A program made the position numbers and the translations under genes. From contig CAZTBY010000001.1 in NCBI GenBank assembly GCA_964612395.1, forward strand, positions 1 through 40,000: a DNA stretch of 40,000 nucleotides, written 5' to 3'. The notes under the pieces are model-generated. The model was not told the origin of the DNA. It made no database searches and was given only the letters and a program-made list of their open reading frames with translations. Shown here one piece after another: positions 27,708 through 37,230 of this stretch. How positions within the stretch are numbered: position 1 is the first letter of the stretch; every line of letters starts with the position of its first letter. Source of the stretch: an uncultured Clostridium sp. Lineage in GTDB: Bacteria > Bacillota > Clostridia > TANB77 > CAG-508.

Positions 27708-29711
27708 TTAAAAATTATTTTCTGCAAAATATTCATTAATTCTAATTATTAATTCTGTTTTTGCTTCTTCTAATGTCATTCCTTCAACTTGTGCTCCAGC
27801 AAGTGTTATATGTCCTCCACCGCCTAGTTTTTCTAATATAACTTGAACATTTATATCTCCTATTGAACGACCACTTATACAAACTTTATCTCCCATTCTT
27901 CCAAGTACAAATGATGCTGAAATATTGCTTATTGTAAGTAGTTCATCTGCTGCTTTCGCACAAATTAGGTTTGCATTTTTATCTTTTTCTTCATATACAG
28001 AAATTCCTATTGAGTCATTTATTATTTCTGCATTTTTAACTATTTCTGCAATTACTGTATAACTTTCTAAGTCGCTTTGGAACCATTTTTTTACTTTTAT
28101 TATATCAATTCCATATTTTCTTAAATATGCTGCTGCTTCAAAAGTTCTTACACCTGTTTTAAAAGTAAAGTTTTTGGTATCCATCATTATTCCTGCGTAT
28201 AAACTTTCTGCTTCAATTTGTTCTAGTGTAACTTCTTGTGTTGCATATTCTACTATCTCTGTAACTAACTCTGATGCTGATGATGCATATGCTTCGTGGA
28301 ATGTTAATATTGCGTTTTCTATAAAATCCTCTGACTTTCTGTGGTGGTCAATTATTACTATTTTTTCTGTTTTTTCTAGTAATTCTGGAACTTCAACATA
28401 GCTTCTTTTATGTGTATCCACTATTACAAGTAAGGTATTTTGTGTTATTTTGTTCATTGCTTCTGTTCTATCTAATATTATATCTTTATATCCTTCTTGC
28501 TTTAGCGTTACAATAAAGTTTGCAAGAGTTAGACCATAAGTATTGTTTACTATATATGCTTCTTTTTCAAAAGTTTTAGCTAGTCTATATATACCTAAAC
28601 TTGAACCTATTGAATCTATATCCCCATTCATATGTCCCATTACCATTACATTATCAGATTTTTTTATTAATTCCTCTAATGCATGTGATATAACTCTGGC
28701 TTTAACTTTAGTTCTCTTTTCAACTTCTTGAGCCTTGCCACCAAAAAATACATATTTACCATCTTGTCTAATTACTGCTTGGTCTCCACCTCTTCCTAGG
28801 GCTATATCCATTGCAACAGAAGCAGATTCGTATTTTTCATAATTTGTTTTACCCTCATTTGAAATTGCAATACTAAGTGTAATTGGCATTCCTTCTTCGG
28901 TTTCGATTTCTTTTATTTCATCTAGTATTGTGAATTTGTTGTTTTCCATTTCTTGAAGATATTGTTGTTCAAAAACATATACATAAGTATCTCTTTCTTT
29001 TTTTATCATTACTCCACCACTTGCACTTGCCCATTCATATAGTTTTTTCTCAATTGCAGCAATTGTTTGTGGCTTATTTTCTTCTGATATTCTTTGTATA
29101 ATTTCCTCGTAATTATCAAGCATTACTATTCCAATACAAGTTTTAGCATTGTTGTATTTATTCATTAACTCAACTTCGTCTGTTATATTTATAAAGTAAA
29201 GAGTAACCATATATTTAGTTTCTTTTTTTCTATCTTTCTTCTTTGACTTTATATAATCTCCAATTACATGGTATATTTTATTATTTATAGTAAGTTTTTT
29301 ATCCACTTCAAAATTATTATTTTCAATTTCTTTCTTAATTTCTTTTGATAAACCATCAATATATGCATTAATGCCAATATTTGCAAATTCCTTATTAAAT
29401 GTTGAACTTCTCCAAATAACATTTCCAGTTGTTTCTAGTATTATTAATGGAAATGGAGAGTTAATTAATGTATTTTTAGCAGCAGAATCTACTGAATATG
29501 TAATATCGTTAATGTAGCTAGAAAGTTCACCTTTTCTTTTGTTGTATACCCATATAGTGTATAAAATTATACCAGTATATAAAACCATTGATGGTATAAT
29601 AAACTCTATATTGCTTATACAAAGCATTATAAGTAGAATTGCAATAATTATTAAGTAAATTTTAGTTTTGGATTCCACTTTTTCTAATGCCTTAATGTTA
29701 TAATTCGACAT
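27708..29711 (-). CDS. gdpP: GdpP-type c-di-AMP phosphodiesterase (TM-PAS-degenerate GGDEF-DHH/DHHA1)
   Basis: Two N-terminal TM helices, DHH motifs (GHMNGDIDSIGS, IIDHHR) and DHHA1 GGGGH. 667 aa. Confidence 0.88.
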   Translation of the reverse strand: MSNYNIKALEKVESKTKIYLIIIAILLIMLCISNIEFIIPSMVLYTGIILYTIWVYNKRKGELSSYINDITYSVDSAAKNTLINSPFPLIILETTGNVIWRSSTFNKEFANIGINAYIDGLSKEIKKEIENNNFEVDKKLTINNKIYHVIGDYIKSKKKDRKKETKYMVTLYFINITDEVELMNKYNNAKTCIGIVMLDNYEEIIQRISEENKPQTIAAIEKKLYEWASASGGVMIKKERDTYVYVFEQQYLQEMENNKFTILDEIKEIETEEGMPITLSIAISNEGKTNYEKYESASVAMDIALGRGGDQAVIRQDGKYVFFGGKAQEVEKRTKVKARVISHALEELIKKSDNVMVMGHMNGDIDSIGSSLGIYRLAKTFEKEAYIVNNTYGLTLANFIVTLKQEGYKDIILDRTEAMNKITQNTLLVIVDTHKRSYVEVPELLEKTEKIVIIDHHRKSEDFIENAILTFHEAYASSASELVTEIVEYATQEVTLEQIEAESLYAGIMMDTKNFTFKTGVRTFEAAAYLRKYGIDIIKVKKWFQSDLESYTVIAEIVKNAEIINDSIGISVYEEKDKNANLICAKAADELLTISNISASFVLGRMGDKVCISGRSIGDINVQVILEKLGGGGHITLAGAQVEGMTLEEAKTELIIRINEYFAENNF

Positions 29712-29715
29712 AAAA

Positions 29716-29766
29716 AAATCTCTCCTTTTTTATTACTTATTTATTTTACTGCAAAAAGAGAGATTT
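29716..29766 (-). promoter_or_regulatory. 5' UTR hairpin that can sequester the gdpP Shine-Dalgarno
   Basis: On the minus strand, AAATCTCTCTTTTT (29753-29766) pairs with AAAAAGGAGAGATTT (29716-29730): 14 bp with one bulge. The second arm contains the GGAGAG RBS. Confidence 0.4.
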
Positions 29767-29884
29767 GTCAAATAAAACATGTCGTTTAAAATTTTTACTT
29801 TTTTTCCATTTTTCTATTGAATTTATTTTAATTTTGATATATATTAAAGGTTGATAAATATTATTATACTAAGGAGGATTTTTA

Positions 29885-30724
29885 ATGCAAGAAAAAACTA
29901 AGGAGACAGCTGGAAAAATTGCAAAAAGGGCAACTTCAAAAAAGGCTGAAACTAGTAGTAGTAAAAAAGCAACTACAGAAAAAACTTTGAGTAAAAAAAT
30001 GACTAGTAAGACAAGTACAAAAAAAAATACAAGCAAAGTCACTTCTACAAAATCTAGTACAAAGAAAAAAGCTACCAAAAAGACTTCTTCAGCAAAAAAA
30101 AATACTACTAAGAATACTACGACAAAACGCACAACTTCTAAAGTAGCTAAAAAGCCTGAATTAGTTGAATACTATGATTTGCCATATAGATATAACGAAA
30201 CAGTGGTTAAAATTTTAGCTCAAACACCTACTACTCTTTTTGTTTATTGGGATATATCTGATAAGGATAGAGAAAAATACATTGAAGCTTATGGAGAAAG
30301 CTTCTTTGCAAATACTATTCCAGTTTTGATTGTTCATAATAAAACTATGAATTATTCTTTTGAAATTGAAATAAATGATTTTGCAAATAGTTGGTATTTT
30401 ACAGTATCTGATAGCAAATGTTATTATGAGATAGAACTCGGTAGACGTGCTAAACCAATGCAAATACAGCTTCCTAATAATTATTTATATATTACATCTT
30501 CTAACACAATTGAAGCACCAAATGATCACATCTTATTTGAGAAAAAACAGAAAAATATATTTTTTAGAAATGTAAAAACACATGAAAGAATTTCTAAAAA
30601 TGTAGCCTCTTTCGAATTTATGAGATATGTTGGTAGAATATATAATATTTATGATTTATACAAAAAATTATATAAAAATGAAGAACTAGAAAATTTAGAG
30701 AAAAACTCTAGTTCAAGTTTCTAA
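29885..30724 (+). CDS. DUF4912-like protein with Lys/Thr/Ser-rich N-terminal region
   Basis: AAGGAGG RBS. About 85 aa of K/T/S low complexity, then a conserved core (YYDLPYRYNETVVKILAQTP..LFVYWDIS). 14 nt upstream of the GH57 gene. Confidence 0.65.
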   Translation: MQEKTKETAGKIAKRATSKKAETSSSKKATTEKTLSKKMTSKTSTKKNTSKVTSTKSSTKKKATKKTSSAKKNTTKNTTTKRTTSKVAKKPELVEYYDLPYRYNETVVKILAQTPTTLFVYWDISDKDREKYIEAYGESFFANTIPVLIVHNKTMNYSFEIEINDFANSWYFTVSDSKCYYEIELGRRAKPMQIQLPNNYLYITSSNTIEAPNDHILFEKKQKNIFFRNVKTHERISKNVASFEFMRYVGRIYNIYDLYKKLYKNEELENLEKNSSSSF

Positions 30725-30738
30725 CAAAGGAGCAAGTT

Positions 30739-32331
30739 ATGGATAATACTAAGGGCTATGTAAGTTTTATATTACATGCACATTTGCCTTTTATACATCA
30801 CCCTGAAAGTGAAGATTATTTAGAAGAAGAATGGTTATATGAAGCAATTTCTGAAACATATATACCATTACTTCTAAACTTTCAAAAATTGGAGGAGGAA
30901 AAAGTTGATTTTAGAATTACTATGTCACTTACTCCCCCTTTATTAAACATGTTTGATAACAAGTTACTACAAAAACGATATATTAAATATGTAAAAAAAC
31001 ACATTGAACTAGCAGCAAAGGAAGTAAAAAGAACAGCTTATGATAAACGTTTAAATGAACTATCTAAATATTATTTTGATAGATATTCTAATGATTTACA
31101 CGTTTTTAAAGACATATATAATTGTAATTTAATTAGTGCATTTAAGCATTTTCAAGACATTGGAGTTTTAGAAATAATAACGTGTGGTGCAACACATGGT
31201 TACTTTCCTATTTTATATGTTAATGAAAAAACTGTTAAAGCACAAATAGCAGTTGGTGTTGAAACTTATAAAAAATATTTTGGAAAACCACCTAGAGGAA
31301 TTTGGCTTCCTGAATGTGGTTATGTTCCTGAGGCTGACAAATATTTAAAAGAATTCGGTATAGACTATATTATTACAGAATCTCATGGAATACTTTATGC
31401 TGACCCAACGCCTGTTTTTGGTACATTTGCACCAATTGTATCTCCTAACGGAGTTGTTGCTTTTGGTCGTGATATAGAAAGCTCAAGACAAGTATGGAGC
31501 TCTATTTGTGGCTACCCTGGCGACTTTAATTATAGAGAATTTTATCGTGACCTTGGTTATGATGCTGATTATGATTATATAAAACCATACATTGCCAAAA
31601 ATGGAGTTCGTGTAAATACAGGAATTAAATACTATAGAATTACATCTAAGGGGGAATTTAAAGATTATTACAATTTGCAATGGGCTAAAGATTCTGCTGA
31701 AAAACAAGCAGGACATTTCTTTGATTCTAGGGTTAAACAAATTGATGAATTATCTAGCATAATGTCACCTGCAAAACCTATTGTTGTTTGTCCTTATGAT
31801 GCTGAACTTTATGGTCACTGGTGGTATGAAGGTCCTTATTGGTTATATATTCTATTTAAGAAAATTTACTATGACAAAGGAAATTTCAAACTAATTACTC
31901 CTAGTGAATATATAGATAAATACCCAGAAATGCAAGAATGCTCACCTTGTATCTCAAGCTGGGGAGCTAATGGATATAGCGAAGTATGGCTTAATGGGTT
32001 AAATGACTATGTACATAGACATTTACATGTTGCTGGCGACAGAATGGTTGAACTTGCTAATTTATATCCAAATGAAAAAAATATTCTTCGCAGAAAAGCA
32101 TTAAATCAATGTGCTCGTGAATTACTACTTGCACAAAGCAGTGACTGGTTGTTTATAATAACACATGGAACAATGGTAGATTACGCAAAGAAACGTATAA
32201 AAATGCATATTGGAAGATTTACTAAACTATATGAACAAATTAAAAGCAATAAAATAGATAGTGAATTTTTAAAAGCTATACAAAAACAAGACTGCATCTT
32301 TTCAGAGATTGACTACATGATTTATAAATAA
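30739..32331 (+). CDS. GH57-family 1,4-alpha-glucan branching enzyme (DUF1957 type)
   Basis: FILHAHLPFIHHPE, GIWLPECGY and PYDAELYGHWWYEG motifs. Confidence 0.85.
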   Translation: MDNTKGYVSFILHAHLPFIHHPESEDYLEEEWLYEAISETYIPLLLNFQKLEEEKVDFRITMSLTPPLLNMFDNKLLQKRYIKYVKKHIELAAKEVKRTAYDKRLNELSKYYFDRYSNDLHVFKDIYNCNLISAFKHFQDIGVLEIITCGATHGYFPILYVNEKTVKAQIAVGVETYKKYFGKPPRGIWLPECGYVPEADKYLKEFGIDYIITESHGILYADPTPVFGTFAPIVSPNGVVAFGRDIESSRQVWSSICGYPGDFNYREFYRDLGYDADYDYIKPYIAKNGVRVNTGIKYYRITSKGEFKDYYNLQWAKDSAEKQAGHFFDSRVKQIDELSSIMSPAKPIVVCPYDAELYGHWWYEGPYWLYILFKKIYYDKGNFKLITPSEYIDKYPEMQECSPCISSWGANGYSEVWLNGLNDYVHRHLHVAGDRMVELANLYPNEKNILRRKALNQCARELLLAQSSDWLFIITHGTMVDYAKKRIKMHIGRFTKLYEQIKSNKIDSEFLKAIQKQDCIFSEIDYMIYK

Positions 32332-32417
32332 GTAACACTTTCCCTTCCTTTTCATAATATATGTATAACTAAGCAATTTTTAGTAGATACTATTATTATA
32401 TTTGGAGGGACTTTTTT

Positions 32418-33281
32418 GTGCTTAAAACCATTTGTGTTAAAACTAATAACAAAGAAATATCTAAATATCTACTAAAAGAGCTTGAATACTTTGAGGTACA
32501 AAGCATTCATGTTTCAAGTTATAAATTCAAAGTATATACAAATGTTATAATTCATTACAAAGGCAAAAATATTGAATTGTTTTTAAATAAAATATCTACT
32601 CTTCTTGCCTATCTTATTATAGATTTTTATGAACCTTCTATTATACAAAACTTAATAAACACAAATTACTTTTATTTTTCTACAGAAGAAAAGAAAGATA
32701 TTTATAATTTGTGTTTAACAAATATAGATTTTAAAACTTCCATTTCCATTATAAACATTATCTCTGAAGCATTTTATGAATACTTTTTTTATAATAAATA
32801 TGTTGTTTTAGATGGATTTGTAAATTTTAGACTCAAAAATTATATCAAAGAGTTAGATACTGTTGTTGATATGTGCGTTAACAAATTCATTATAGATAGA
32901 GAATATAACGAATTCGTATCACTGTTAAAAGCCTACATTCAAACAACGCCCTCTAATGCAGATGCTATTCATTTGATATATAAAAATCAAAATTCAATCT
33001 TGCTTGATAATTCAAAAAATGCAATTCAGTATAATGATATACTAATAAACAGCAAATACCTATCAGACATAAGTTTTTCTTCGAATGATTATGCTTTAAA
33101 TTCATTACTTACACTACTTCCAAAGAAATTATACATTCATTTAATTGATGTTGAAGATGATTTTATTTCAACACTTAAGCGAATTTTTGGTAACAGAGTT
33201 TATATCTGCACTGAATGTGACTTATGTGCATTATATAAATCACAAACTTCTAAGTATAATTTAAATAGATTAAAAAATTAA
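32418..33281 (+). CDS. ytxC: YtxC-like sporulation protein
   Basis: Size and general pattern fit clostridial YtxC-like proteins. The assignment is from recollection of the family and is not motif-proof. Confidence 0.5.
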   Translation: MLKTICVKTNNKEISKYLLKELEYFEVQSIHVSSYKFKVYTNVIIHYKGKNIELFLNKISTLLAYLIIDFYEPSIIQNLINTNYFYFSTEEKKDIYNLCLTNIDFKTSISIINIISEAFYEYFFYNKYVVLDGFVNFRLKNYIKELDTVVDMCVNKFIIDREYNEFVSLLKAYIQTTPSNADAIHLIYKNQNSILLDNSKNAIQYNDILINSKYLSDISFSSNDYALNSLLTLLPKKLYIHLIDVEDDFISTLKRIFGNRVYICTECDLCALYKSQTSKYNLNRLKN

Positions 33282-33292
33282 TAGCACAAGTA

Positions 33293-33410
33293 GCCAAACG
33301 CAGGAGTTTTGTATTTAGAGAAAATCGAAGATCCCCGAAACACTTCTTTAGGCGTCTCCATCGTGGGTTCGATTTTAAATAAATACAAAAGCTCCGATGA
33401 GATTTGGCGG
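33293..33410. ncRNA. Unclassified structured RNA candidate, copy 2 (paralog of 83-200)
   Basis: Same three nested helices as copy 1, and here all three are fully Watson-Crick. Starts 11 nt after the ytxC-like stop. T6 run at 33415-33420. Confidence 0.6.
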
Positions 33411-33425
33411 ACTGTTTTTTATTTA

Positions 33426-33455
33426 TTGACTTTTTTCCTCTTTTTATGTTATAAA
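33426..33455 (+). promoter_or_regulatory. Promoter for traX-like gene
   Basis: TTGACT, 18-nt spacer, TGtTATAAA. AAAGAGG RBS before the ATG at 33478. Confidence 0.55.
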
Positions 33456-33477
33456 TAATACTAGAAAAGAGGTTTAT

Positions 33478-34176
33478 ATGAGTGCTTTTGTTTTAAAAAT
33501 AATTGCATGTATTACAATGTTTATAGATCATTTAGGTTATGCTGTTTTCCATGGAGAAGCCTCATGGTTTAATTATATTGGAAGACTTGCTTTTCCTATT
33601 TTTGCCTTTCAAATTTCAGAAGGATATATACATACAAAAAAACTAAAAAAATACTTTTATAGATTAGTAATTTTTGCTTTAATATCTCAAATTCCTTTCA
33701 TGTTATTTCATTCAATTATAAATGGAAGCGATTGGGGCTTTAATGTAATATTTACATTAATTTTTGGACTTTTAGCTATAACCATATACAACAAATATAA
33801 CAAATTTGTAGGAGTTACAAGTGCAATATTACTAGGTGTTATAGCTAATTCATTACATTGTGACTATGGTCTTTATGGTGTTTTAATTACATTTTTATTT
33901 TATGTATTCAGATATAATAAATGGCTTCTTGTGGGCAGTTTTTCCATTGCAACGCTTATTAAATATGGTTATAATATTTTGCTTTACATAAATTATGGAA
34001 CTGATGCTTTACAATATGTTTCATCTTTCTATTTTCCTTATATTATTGGAACATTATGTGCTGTTATATTCTTTCTTTTATATAATAAAAAGAAAGGGCC
34101 AGATACTAAGTATTTATTATACTTATTCTACCCTTTACATATGCTTTTAATTTATGGAATTAGCTTTATAATTTAG
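33478..34176 (+). CDS. TraX-family membrane protein
   Basis: KIIACITMFIDHLG N-terminal motif and about 7 TM helices, typical of the TraX family. Confidence 0.8.
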   Translation: MSAFVLKIIACITMFIDHLGYAVFHGEASWFNYIGRLAFPIFAFQISEGYIHTKKLKKYFYRLVIFALISQIPFMLFHSIINGSDWGFNVIFTLIFGLLAITIYNKYNKFVGVTSAILLGVIANSLHCDYGLYGVLITFLFYVFRYNKWLLVGSFSIATLIKYGYNILLYINYGTDALQYVSSFYFPYIIGTLCAVIFFLLYNKKKGPDTKYLLYLFYPLHMLLIYGISFII

Positions 34177-35115
34177 TTTTGAATTGCAAAGTTAATTCCC
34201 CTTGCAACAACGTCTTTCATATTTTCTATTAAATCATCTATTTCTTTTGGAGTTACAATTAAGTTATAATCTTTTGGAATTAATGCTTCTTTTATTAATT
34301 CATATTTGTTTGTGTTTCTTAATTCATTTAAATAATCATTTGATTTTGCATCTTGCTGAAGTTTATCTATAAATAAATCTATGCTATCTGCTGCAATTGT
34401 TGCTGCTTCTACAACCATTGGCACACCTATTGCTATTACGGGAATATCTAAAGTTCTTTGACTTATTTCATTTCTTGCATTTCCAACACCTGCTCCTGGT
34501 ACTATACCTGTATCTGCAAGCTGAACTGTACTACTAATTCTTTCTATGCTTTTTGATGATAAACTATCTATTACTATTATAAGTTTTGGCTTTATATTGT
34601 CAACTATTCCTTTAATTATTTCCATTGTTTCTATTCCTGTTGTGCCTAAGACTCCTGGTGCTATTGCTGTTACAGGTCTTGTTTCTTTGTCTATATACTC
34701 TGGTGCATATTTTAAAATATGTCTTGTAACATCAATATCTTTTACAACTTTGGGGCCGAAGGGAATCTGGTGTAACATAGGCGTTTCCAAGTCCTACAAT
34801 CAGAATATCTCCTAGGTTTTCCACATGCTTATTAATTAGCTTTTTTAATTCTTTTGTTACAATTTTTGAGGCTATTTGAATTTCATTATTATCTGCAATT
34901 TTCAACTTTTTTATATCAACTGTTATATAACTGCCAACCGGCTTTCCTAAAGCTTTTGCACCTTTTTCGTCAATTATCTTTACTCTCGAAATTTTAACAT
35001 TTTCATTTATTACTTCTTCTTCTGTCTCTATTCCTTCTATGTTGTTTTCAATGTTATTTGCCTTTCTATAAATGTCGTTTCTCTCAACTGCTAAGTCTGT
35101 ATTAAAATTGATCAT
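34173..35115 (-). CDS. gpr: Spore germination protease GPR, split in two; continuous with a +1 shift at the in-frame CGG at 34756-34758
   Basis: TDLAVE and VGLGNAYVTPDSL lie in the upstream piece. GPKVVKDIDVTRH onward lies in the downstream piece. Confidence 0.9.
34756..34758 (-). other. In-frame CGG at an ORF break (gpr); +1 resumes on GGC Gly
   Basis: Codon 120 of ORF 34732-35115. TCC CTT CGG CCC becomes CTT [C] GGC CCC AAA, giving ..TPDSL|GPKVVKDID.. Confidence 0.85.
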
Positions 35116-35182
35116 GCTTTCCTCTCTTTCTTATTAATATTTTTTGCATTAATCTTGTTTTTATGCAAAAAAGAACAGAAAC

Positions 35183-37230
35183 TCAAATTTCTATTCTTTC
35201 TTTAAATTTTTTTTGAATATTTTGTTTTAATACTTCGTTTTCTGGCTTTTCTAAGTTTTTGTCATCTTCTAAAATCTTTATTGCTAGGCTTTGTATATTT
35301 TTTAACATTTCTATATCTTGGAATAAATTTGCTATTTTAAATTCTGGTAAACCGGTGCTGCCTTGTTCCAAAGAATTCTCCTGAACCTCTTAGCTCTAGG
35401 TCTTTCTCTGATATTTTGAAACCATCATTTGTTTCTACCATTATTTTCATTCTTTCTCTGGTATTTTCCCCGGTTTCCTTTATACTTTAAAATACAATAC
35501 GATTTGTATTTTCCACGTCCTACTCTTCCTCTTAATTGATGAAGTGTTGCAAGTCCAAAACGTTCTGCATTCTCAATTACCATTATACTAGCATTTGGAA
35601 CATCAACTCCTACTTCTATTACTGTTGTAGAAATTAATATATCTATTTTGCCATTTTTAAATTCTTCCATTATGGCTTCTTTATCTTTTTTGTTTAGCTT
35701 TCCATGTATGTATTCTACCCTATAATCTTTAAAAATTTCGTTTTTGTACTTTTCTGCTATTTCTAAAACAGATTTTGCATTAATTTCATCAGATTCTTCT
35801 ACTAAAGGACATACAACATATGCTTGTCTTCCTTCGTCTATTTGCCCTTTTATGAATTTGTTTACTCTTTCTTCTTTTGATGCTATTACTGCAAATGTAT
35901 CTATTTTTTGCCTGTTTGGTGGTAGTTCATCAATTATTGAAATATCAAGGTCACCATATAATATTAGTGCAAGTGTTCTTGGTATAGGTGTTGCAGACAT
36001 AACAAGTACATCTGGATTTTCTCCTTTTAAGTTTATTATGCTTCTTTGCCTTACACCAAATCTATGCTGTTCATCTGTTACAACTAGCCCTAGTTTATTA
36101 AATTCTACATTTTCTTGTAAAAGTGCATGTGTACCAATTATTATATCTATTTTTCCTTGTTTTAATTCTTCTAATATTTTCTCCTTTTGTTTTTTTGCCA
36201 TTCCACTAATTAAAAGTTCACACCTTATATTAAATTTGTCCATCGTTTTTTTGAAATTTTGATAGTGCTGTGTTGCAAGTATTGCTGTTGGTACCATTAT
36301 TGCAACTTGATAATTAGACCTTACAGCTTTAAATGCTGCACACATTGCTACTGCTGTTTTTCCGCTTCCAACATCTCCTTGTAGTAATCTGTTCATCATT
36401 TTTGGGATTTCCATATCTTTATCTATTTCTTCTAAAACTCTACTTTGTGCCTTTGTTAATTTAAAAGGTAGACTATCAATTATTTCAGACATTTTGGCAT
36501 CTTTACTAAAACTAATACCTTTTTTTTCTTTATCATAATTTGTTTTAAATGTTAAAAGAGCTAGTTGCATTATTAGTAATTCTTCAAATACTAGTCTTGT
36601 TCGTGCTTTGCTATAATCTTCAAAGCTATTTGGAAAATGAATTTGCTTTGTTGCTTCATTTATACCCATTAATTTGTATTCATCTATTAAATAATTTGGT
36701 ATAGTTTCTGGCAATACTTTAGCTTCTTCTAAAGCATTTTCAATTATTTTTCTTAAGATATTTTGGCTTAAGTTATATGTGCTTGGATATATTGGTATAA
36801 TTCTTCCAGTATTTTTATTAGAATCTTGTTCATCTATTATTGGTGTCATCATTTCAATCTGATTTAGTTTTCTTTTTACTTTTCCAAAAAATTTATAGGT
36901 ATCTCCAACAATAAACCTCTTTTTTAGAAATGGAACATTAAACCATGTGAGCGTACATGTAGCTGTTTCGTCCCTTACAACTAGTTTATATATATTCATG
37001 TTCTTTCGTATTTTAATTTCAGTCATTTTAGATACACATTTTGCTTCTATAAGAGCATATTCCCCCTCTACGAGCTCAGCTATATTCTTTTTCATTCCTC
37101 TATTTTCATATCCCCTTGGGTAATAGGAAATAACATCTTCTAATGTATAAATACCTAAAGAATTTAGCTGTTTTATTCTGTTTGGTCCAACGCCCTTTAT
37201 GTATTTTGCATCCTTTAATAAATCTACCAT
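35183..37230 (-). CDS. recG: ATP-dependent DNA helicase RecG, split into three pieces; continuous with two +1 shifts at in-frame CGG codons
   Basis: Walker [18 protein letters not shown] and QLRGRVGRG. The C-terminal [10 protein letters not shown] tail lies in ORF 35183-35371. Confidence 0.95.
35352..35354 (-). other. In-frame CGG at an ORF break (recG site 2); +1 resumes on GGT Gly
   Basis: CAG CAC CGG TTT becomes CAC [C] GGT TTA CCA, giving ..GTRQH|[11 protein letters not shown].. Confidence 0.85.
35470..35472 (-). other. In-frame CGG at an ORF break (recG site 1); +1 resumes on GGG Gly
   Basis: Codon 587 of ORF 35425-37230. GGA AAC CGG GGA becomes AAC [C] GGG GAA AAT, giving ..KYKGN|[35 protein letters not shown].. 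Confidence 0.8.

Noticed and set aside
33364-33376. tRNA T-arm-like GTGGGTTCGATTT inside RNA copy 2
   Set aside because: There is no complementary CCCAC to close a T-stem and no acceptor or anticodon arms. The element is 118 nt long and folds as a rod.
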